64,000 bases of DNA. Origin: Eledone cirrhosa (Eukaryota). The stretch lies in the NCBI GenBank assembly GCA_964016885.1, contig OZ024742.1, positions 136,586,001-136,650,000 of the forward strand. The letters run 5' to 3'. The position numbers were made by a program, and so were the translations under genes. A model generated the notes under the pieces. It made no database searches. It had not been told where the DNA came from and saw only the letters and a list, made by a program, of their open reading frames with translations. Positions 56,026-64,000 of this stretch are shown here, piece by piece (position 1 is the first letter of the stretch; each line of letters begins with the position of its first letter).

Positions 56026-56029
56026 CTTC

Positions 56030-56056
56030 ATATATATGTGTGTATATATACGTATA

Positions 56057-56118
<62 letters not shown>

Positions 56119-56261
56119 CATATATTTTTTAGATGTATGTATATATATATATATATATGTATTTTCATATATATATATATATATATTGGCATATGTTTAT
56201 ATATATATGTGTGTATATGCATATATATATATATATATATATACATACACATATATAAACA

Positions 56262-56310
<49 letters not shown>

Positions 56311-56330
56311 TTATATACATATGTGCACAT
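56030..56330. repeat. (TA)n and (CA)n compound microsatellite
   Basis: Direct inspection. Confidence 0.93.
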
Positions 56331-57409
56331 ATCTGCTCACATATTTAGTTTTCATGATTTCCTTCTAAACTTATCATTATTTACAATAGTTTGTGTAGAA
56401 AACTAGATTTTATTTCAATTTTATTTAGGCTTTTTTCATTATTATTGTCTCAATCATTAACGCATTTTCTTCATTTATTTCATCAACTTTATCATCTATA
56501 TTTTCATTGCATTTATTCATTCATTTTCATTTCTAATTCTTTTATTGCCTGGTTCCTTCACCCCAGGCCTCATCATCATCATCATCATCATCTTTATTAA
56601 TATTACTCTTCCATTTTCTCATATTCGATATGTTCATTTTATTTTCATTCATTTTATTTATTTTTTTTTTTTGCCTTGATTTCCTTTTCTGTTAATTATT
56701 TCCGTTCGCTACCTTTCTTTCTTTGTCTCTTTCTTTCTAAATTTAAGCTAAAAAGAAAAGTAGTTGTGCTCTTGTTACTTGTGTGACATTTTTCTAGAGT
56801 ATTTTACTAGTTAGTTGCTGCCTTCTCAAAATGTTTGCTACTGAAATTCAAGCCATTTTCTTTCGAGGTACCTTCAATTCTAGTAGTATCTTTCAGATGC
56901 ATGTCTTGTTTGTAAATGCCTTATCTATATTATTATAAACTATGCTGAAATATTTGAAAACAACCAAATACCAAAAACATACCAAGATTTTTATATCACC
57001 CACATCCTCATAAACTATGCATGCTTTCATTGATATTTTTAAAACTAAACAAATTACAGCTACTCATTCATACCTATATGTTCCATACATACATTTAATA
57101 TTTACAAAAATATATATTCTAAACAATATTGAAGAAATCTTTGATTTGTTAAGCAGGCTAATGGCTTCTAATAACCGTACACTATTTAATATTATATACA
57201 TATACACTGTAATGGATAATATCCATCAGAATATATTCCTATAGTTTACTCATCGCTTTTTGTTGAGAGCTATCATATATATGTTTATTTAATTTGATTA
57301 CCCTTTTAATTTTACTTTCATATGCAATAGAGTTTATTTCCATTTTTCTTTATAATCTCTGCCTGTAATGTTTCCTTATTTATTGCCCTTGTACCAATAA
57401 AGAAAAAAA

Positions 57410-57440
<31 letters not shown>

Positions 57441-58724
57441 GTGAATTTGGTGCTGAACAAAATTCCTAGAATATAGTTATGCCATTCTTGTTTAAACACT
57501 TATAATTCCTGGCCAACTAATTATGAGATCACTCTGCTACCTTCATTTGGCCACAAATGACAAGCTCTTTTCCTCAGTCATGTAGTTATTGAGAAATCTT
57601 GTATGGTGAACATACATGAAAGGAGTGAGGACAGACCCCCTTCACTTTGAGCAAGCCCCTAGCAAATTCTTCAAGTACTGCTTCATGAGAAAAAAGGAAA
57701 TGGAGAGTCTGATGCTGGCCTCCAATATATTTTGCTGAATGGTCAGTGAGAGTAGTTAGTAAAGCCCATATGAATGGGCTTAAATTCATCATGAGGTTGT
57801 ACTCCAGGAAATGCTGCTAGGAAATATCACTTACCTTTGGTATTCAAGGTAACCCATGAGGGCACTAAGTGATAGTCCTCCTCTTGCAACTTTATCATAT
57901 ATGTTTATACTATACTCAGCATTTTTATAAACTACACTGTAATGTTCCCTCATATAGTGCCTATATAGCAATAATAAAGATGGGATTATTATTATTATTA
58001 TTATCATTATTATTATTATTATAGGCTTTTATTATTAAATTCAGCTATTTTTATTCATTTGCTGTTTGTTATTGTAAAATTGCTTTTTTTTAAACCTAAC
58101 TTCTTTATTCATTATATTCTTTGAAAAAATGATTAATATTTATTGAAACTCTCATTAACATTCTCTGCTCATTTTAAGTTGGATTTTCTGCCTAATAATA
58201 TCTTAATTCTTTCAAAATATCAAATTCATGTCAGCATCTAGACTAAAAACAATCATAATTGTTCTTGTTGCTATTCTCTTTATCATCATCATTATCTTCA
58301 TTTCATCATCTTCACCCCATCACTGCAATCAATGTTATTTATGTATAATTACATAATTATAGATGCTGACCTGTTTTAGCATCCAGAAATACTGTAATCC
58401 ATTTACTTCCATTTCGTTGGAGGAAATTGTTGACACTTCTAACTTGGTGCTTAATTCATATACTATGGCACTGTAACAAAGTTTTAAATCTATTGCTTTA
58501 CTCAAGCCTACCTATATTTAAAAGAAGGCTTGTTGATTGTAAACTCATGTTATTCCTTGAAATATGGCACAAGCAAATCCAAGCTTTGTCTTCATTCACA
58601 TGGCAGTTGTTACTAATAAATATATTTCTATTAGCTTAATGACTAATACAGTGATTATTATGGACATTAAGTTTATGATAATGATGATGAGGATGATGAT
58701 GAAAATTCACATGATAATGCCACA

Positions 58725-58921
58725 TCAAGGAAGGAGACCTTATGTGGTTGCTCAACTTGTTAAACATAGAATCTAAATCTTCTTCAAATCACACCATACT
58801 GTCTGAAAAAAGCAGATTGGATAATATGACCTTAATGAAAAGATGGAACAATTAATGCAAGGATCCTTTGCACATAGGTTTGCTCAGTCAGAGCATACAT
58901 GTGGCTAAATTTCAGCAACAA
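58725..58921 (+). mobile_element. Degenerate unclassified SINE-like repeat
   Basis: Similar in opposite orientation to 5560-5745. Confidence 0.45.
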
Positions 58922-59274
58922 TTATGTTTACATTTTGTGTAATATGCACACACACACACATATGCATACACGTGTACACACATACACACTCTCATACACA
59001 CACACATGCATGCTTGCACATTCACACACATATATATATAGTGGTTTTAAAATAATATCCATTGCTGTTTATGAAAAAATTGCCTGATAACTGAATCACA
59101 GTTTCATAAACAATGCAATTTTCTTAACCCTTAAGACATTCCCTTTCTTTTCCTGGACCCTATTCTTTATCTCTATTATATTTAATTATCATCATCGATT
59201 AACTCAATAGAGCAGTGGAAAATATACGTTGATGTTTGAAGGTGAAGTCCTCTTGAGGGCAAATTTATCTCTTC

Positions 59275-59397
59275 GATCAATAAATTATATTACCAGTTAT
59301 ACACTGTGGTCGAATTTAATCGACTTTCCCCTCTCCCAAAAATGATGGCCTTGTGCCTAAATCAGAATCCATTATTACTATTATTATTATTATTATT
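59275..59397 (+). mobile_element. Nin-domain SINE 3' fragment
   Basis: taccagttatacactgtggtcgaatttaatcgact...ggccttgtgcctaaatcagaatccattatta, similar to 6301-6372 and 20560-20662. Confidence 0.55.
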
Positions 59398-61466
59398 TAT
59401 ATCACTATCTTAATTGTTATTTTCATTATATTAATCATTATTATTAATATTATTATTTATTCTACTATACAATCATTATTGCTTACCTTCTATATAACAT
59501 AACACATTATTGTGTTTTTTTTATCAATGACACAAAATCTGGTTGGGGGTGGGGGGCTTATTTTGGTCCCTACACATGTAAAACTATTATCACAGAAGTA
59601 TTGTTTTACAATAGTAAAATCATGTTGAATCATATGAATAGAATTTTTTGAAGATTGCATTTTATTTTATATCCAGTGAAGCAAGACTCATTATTTTACA
59701 ACAGTCATGTCTTACCAAATATTGGGGTTGTTTTTCCCATTTACCATTATATAATTATATATTTAATCTCTCTGGGGAATGAGGTGTTCATTTTGTGTCA
59801 AAGCACATCATGTCAAATACATTTATAAAATGTTTTTTTATCACAATTTTAAAAAGATTTTACCCTTTTATATTTTTAAAAAATTACCTTTGTTTATATT
59901 TTAAAAGTTTTAATGCCGATTAAGATGTAACTCAAAAGCATTTGTGATCAAATATAACCAAATATGGTTTTTAATCTATTATTATATTTTTTACACATAA
60001 TATATTCTGGTAAAATTCTACCAATTTTTTTCTTTCACTTTTTCACCAATCTCATTTTATAGAAATGTTACATATATTTTTGTTATGGTAACATTTTACC
60101 AAAGTTTCCACATGGTATTTATAGTTCGATTTAACCAACACTTATTTTTTGGTATAAATTTTTTTAAAACAAATTTTAAAATTTCAGTTTGCTATTAATC
60201 ACAATTTGGTAATCATCTCATATATTTATAATTTTTCAATGAATGTTCCAGTATATTTTTTTATTTTATTTTATTTGGTATTAATTATCTTTATGGCCAA
60301 GCTTTCATTTTACAGGATAAGAAACTGAAGAATTTTTAATCACAAGTAATAATATTAATATTTCATAAAAAATATAACTTAAGATTTTTGCTTTATCCTC
60401 AAAGTGTGTGTGTATTCCATAAACTGTTTCTTTTATTGCTATTTACCATAAGACTAACAAAGAAAACATTTTTTCATCTTCCTTTCTAGATTATATTCAT
60501 CAAAGTCTGCCAATTAATTATAAATGTTTGCTGCATACTGTTTACAAATTGAGCTCAATTGTTATTAATTTACAGGTCAACAAGACTGGTTAGCATGTGA
60601 GATTTTCAAGAAGTAGAATGTTTTATCTTTATATTTCCTATATCATCTTATCTGTAGTAGAAATAATTTTAAGGGGAAATTTTATTTCACTTCCAGGAGT
60701 TAATTTCTTCTCATTCAATGTATCCAAAAAGATCAATTACATAAATTGTTTATGATGAATCTCCTTGTTATTCCAAGTGATGTAGTGTATTATCTATATT
60801 CTATCCTTCACATCAAATATATGGCTATGCTTTAATTAACTGTTGGGGATGAATACTGTGTGTTTGTTTATATGTTTATCTATCACAACTGATTTTGTCT
60901 TCCTGTTCTTTATTTCTTGTGATGTATTTCTCTGTTTTGTGGCCTAATGTCAAAAGTGATAATGTAACATTAAAAAATAATTTACTTTTACTTGAATACC
61001 TAGTTGCGTTAAATTTGATTTAACTTGCCTCCATTTTCAATTCTTTTTTAAGATTGAAAGAATTTCCCATGAAAATGTTATTCTCAAGGAAAATGAAAGA
61101 AAAATTATTTTATAATTTAATTTTATAATGTAATTACTTCTTTTTTAAAAATATTATTCTTGGGTTTGCTATTATTATATCTCATCCCAGCCTGCTTTCT
61201 CTTTTGATTTTACCTTACGAAATAATGGTGAACATTGAATTTATATCAATGAAAAAAAAGAAAAAATGTAGAGACCATATTATTACATATGGTACTAATT
61301 CTGAAACTAGGTTTAGCAGGAAAAGCAATGACTTCTCTGATGCCAGGCAGAGAAGAAGTATTAAAGGTAGGATATGTTGAAAAGTATTAAGAAGTGGTAA
61401 ACTTCACTGGAAAAGTGATACATTATCATTCTTATAAGATAAATATTAATATTTAACGTCACACAC

Positions 61467-61482
61467 TATATATATATATATA

Positions 61483-61545
<63 letters not shown>

Positions 61546-61580
61546 ATGTGTGTGTGTGTGTGTGTATGTGTGTGTGTGTG

Positions 61581-61622
<42 letters not shown>
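61467..61622. repeat. (TA)n-(TG)n-(TA)n compound microsatellite
   Basis: Direct inspection. Confidence 0.95.
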
Positions 61623-61626
<4 letters not shown>

Positions 61627-61721
61627 GAACTGAAGCAGAAAGGAAAATAATCATTCCAGATTTTCTGTTTTATGGAAAAAGGGGTGGGAGGGCAGGATAA
61701 ATATGTGAAATGTTTTGTATG

Positions 61722-61764
<43 letters not shown>

Positions 61765-61984
61765 GTGCCTATTTATTGATGTGATTGATTTCTGCATGTT
61801 CTTTCTTTTCTCTTTCACTTACAATTTCAAATGTTTCATCCCTTTTATATTATATTTCAATACTGTTATTGTTATGATGAAAGCAGTGGAACTTAAATAA
61901 CATTATAAGTGTACTTTACAAAATATTAAACATAAAGCACACATGCAAATATAAGTACATTCTCTTGCCTTCTCTCTTTCTCTG

Positions 61985-61992
61985 TATGTATG

Positions 61993-62061
<69 letters not shown>

Positions 62062-62066
62062 TATAT

Positions 62067-62119
<53 letters not shown>

Positions 62120-62371
62120 GTATATATATATCCATCAATGGCCAACCAAGGAAAAACCGCTATAGAAAGTGTAGCAAGAATGGTGGTGCCCCAGCATGAC
62201 CTCAGCTAGTCAGCTGGAACAGGTAAAAACTATATATATATATATTGTAATGAGTTACTGCCCGATGGTTGATCTCTTAGCCTTTCGACCATGAGTGGAT
62301 AACTCTCTGTTTATCAATCTCTCTCTCTCTCTATATATATATGTATATATATATATATGTATATACATATG

Positions 62372-62405
<34 letters not shown>

Positions 62406-62447
62406 TGTATAAATATATGTATATATATATATATATATATGTATAAA

Positions 62448-62500
<53 letters not shown>

Positions 62501-62537
62501 ATAAATATATGTATATATATATATATATATGTATAAA

Positions 62538-62609
<72 letters not shown>
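61985..62609. repeat. Degenerate (TA)n arrays with small islands
   Basis: TA tracts at 61985-62131 and 62332-62609; between them a SINE-tail-like ggtggtgccccagcatgacc and a hairpin. Confidence 0.85.
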
Positions 62610-62612
<3 letters not shown>

Positions 62613-63772
62613 TTTCCCTCCATCTTCAAATCTGACTCCTTCAAATATAATTTATGTCTTTGTCACAATTTCAAGTCCAGAATTATTTCTTCATTCCTCT
62701 CTCGTCCCAAATTATTTCTGAATTCTTTACTACCTGACTGCTGACTGTAGTTAGTAGCCCCTTTGTAAATGAAATTCTACCTCATAAATAAAATGGGTAT
62801 AAGTAACTTTTCAGAGTGCACGCTGAAAAGTTATTCGCTGACCCTTCTTTTGGCATATAGTCATTTCCACCTTCACTAAATGTACATCATGTCCTCTTAC
62901 ACTTCCAAAATTGTCCATTTCCCGTTTTATAAATATTTCCGTCTGTAGCATTAGAATTATTTGTCCCTATTTCCCGAAGAAATAACATCCACAGAATATA
63001 ATCCCCACATATTAAAGCAAAACGATGATGGCAATAGTAATGACAATATAGATTATGAAAATTGGTGTTTTAATTTAGTATTAATCTTTTAATTGATGGA
63101 TGGAGTGTAAAGGAAACATCTAATTTTTTCCAAGCATGGTAAGTAAAAAAAAATGAAATGAAAATGTGGTTTCTAATTATTTTAAAATTTGCTAACCATG
63201 TATTATATAACATAGTGTATACATACTATACTAATATTATAGTTAATACTAAAAATTATTTAACTTACCGGAAGACCATGGGTGATAAACCCTACAATAG
63301 CAAAGAATTGATGGCAAGCAAAATGAACTCCAGCAGGATTTGAACTAAGATCTTAAGGAAAGAGAACTGAAATCTAAGGTATTTATTGCAATGGTATGAG
63401 TGTGCTATAACACAAGCTTTATAACAGAGAGTCATATGTATAACCACAACAATTGAGATGAAAGCACTTAAACTTAAGTATGGATTTTTTTCTAATTTTA
63501 TAGAAATATTTTTGCTTCAGATTAGTCATCATATAAGCATGTAAGTCATGATAGAAGTGATCAGCAACTGGTAAAAATAAAGAACGGTTAGTTCAATATA
63601 ATCTAATATGCAATCATGAAAACCATATACCGATGAAATGGTAAGGGTGGATATTATCTATTAAAAAATTGTGAATTCATATTTTTAACTTATTTGTCTA
63701 CATTTATAGGTATTTTAATGTTCTTACACACACACACACATAAAAATCTGAACGTATATATATATATATATG

Positions 63773-63912
63773 ATCATCATCATCATCGTTTAACGTCCAT
63801 CTTAGACATAATATATATATATATATAATGTGGATTGTCTACTGAGAATTTTACAGTTGTTGGTTGCCTTTCCTAACACCAACCACATTTACAGTGTGGG
63901 ACTGGAGGGTTA
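63773..63912 (-). mobile_element. SINE (CAT-tailed family), rearranged and interrupted by (TA)n
   Basis: catcatcgtttaacgtccatctt...ttcctaacaccaaccacatttacagtgtggg, as in 17425-17685. Confidence 0.7.
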
Positions 63913-64000
63913 AACTTATGAGGCATGACTAGCCAGTCGACCGCACCATACCTTCCTCATATAGGACTGTGTCTTGGCTGGCTTTTACGGCTGCTAGATG

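Noticed and set aside
57530-57890. GC-richer stretch with a 68 aa ORF and a minus-strand donor-like ggtaagtg
   Set aside because: No recognisable protein motif and no matching acceptor; probably an old TE fragment that I cannot classify.

Overview
Very AT-rich, repeat-dominated eukaryotic non-coding DNA, most likely a long intron or intergenic region. The SINE repertoire (tRNA-headed CORE-like and Nin-domain SINEs with RTE-type CAT/ATG tails) and the huge (TA)n load resemble what I recall of Octopus/coleoid cephalopod genomes; this is an inference, not a database result. I find no supportable host protein-coding gene, and almost all long ORFs are YI/CV-type translations of microsatellites. 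Recognisable content: many SINE copies (nested, tandem and internally duplicated), 5'-truncated relics of RTE- and CR1-clade LINEs, a piggyBac-type MITE, and an ~11.5 kb degenerate TA/TATG array (39.7-51.3 kb) with small retroelement islands. The two most interesting signals are (1) a set of minimal type I hammerhead ribozyme motifs (CTGANGA...GAAA-palindrome-TH), best seen in a ~331 bp tandem repeat at 21.5-22.1 kb that looks like a Penelope pseudo-LTR or non-LTR retrozyme, and (2) recurrent fold-back inverted duplications at or inside TA tracts, including a loopless 196 bp palindrome. All alignments and folds were done by eye.
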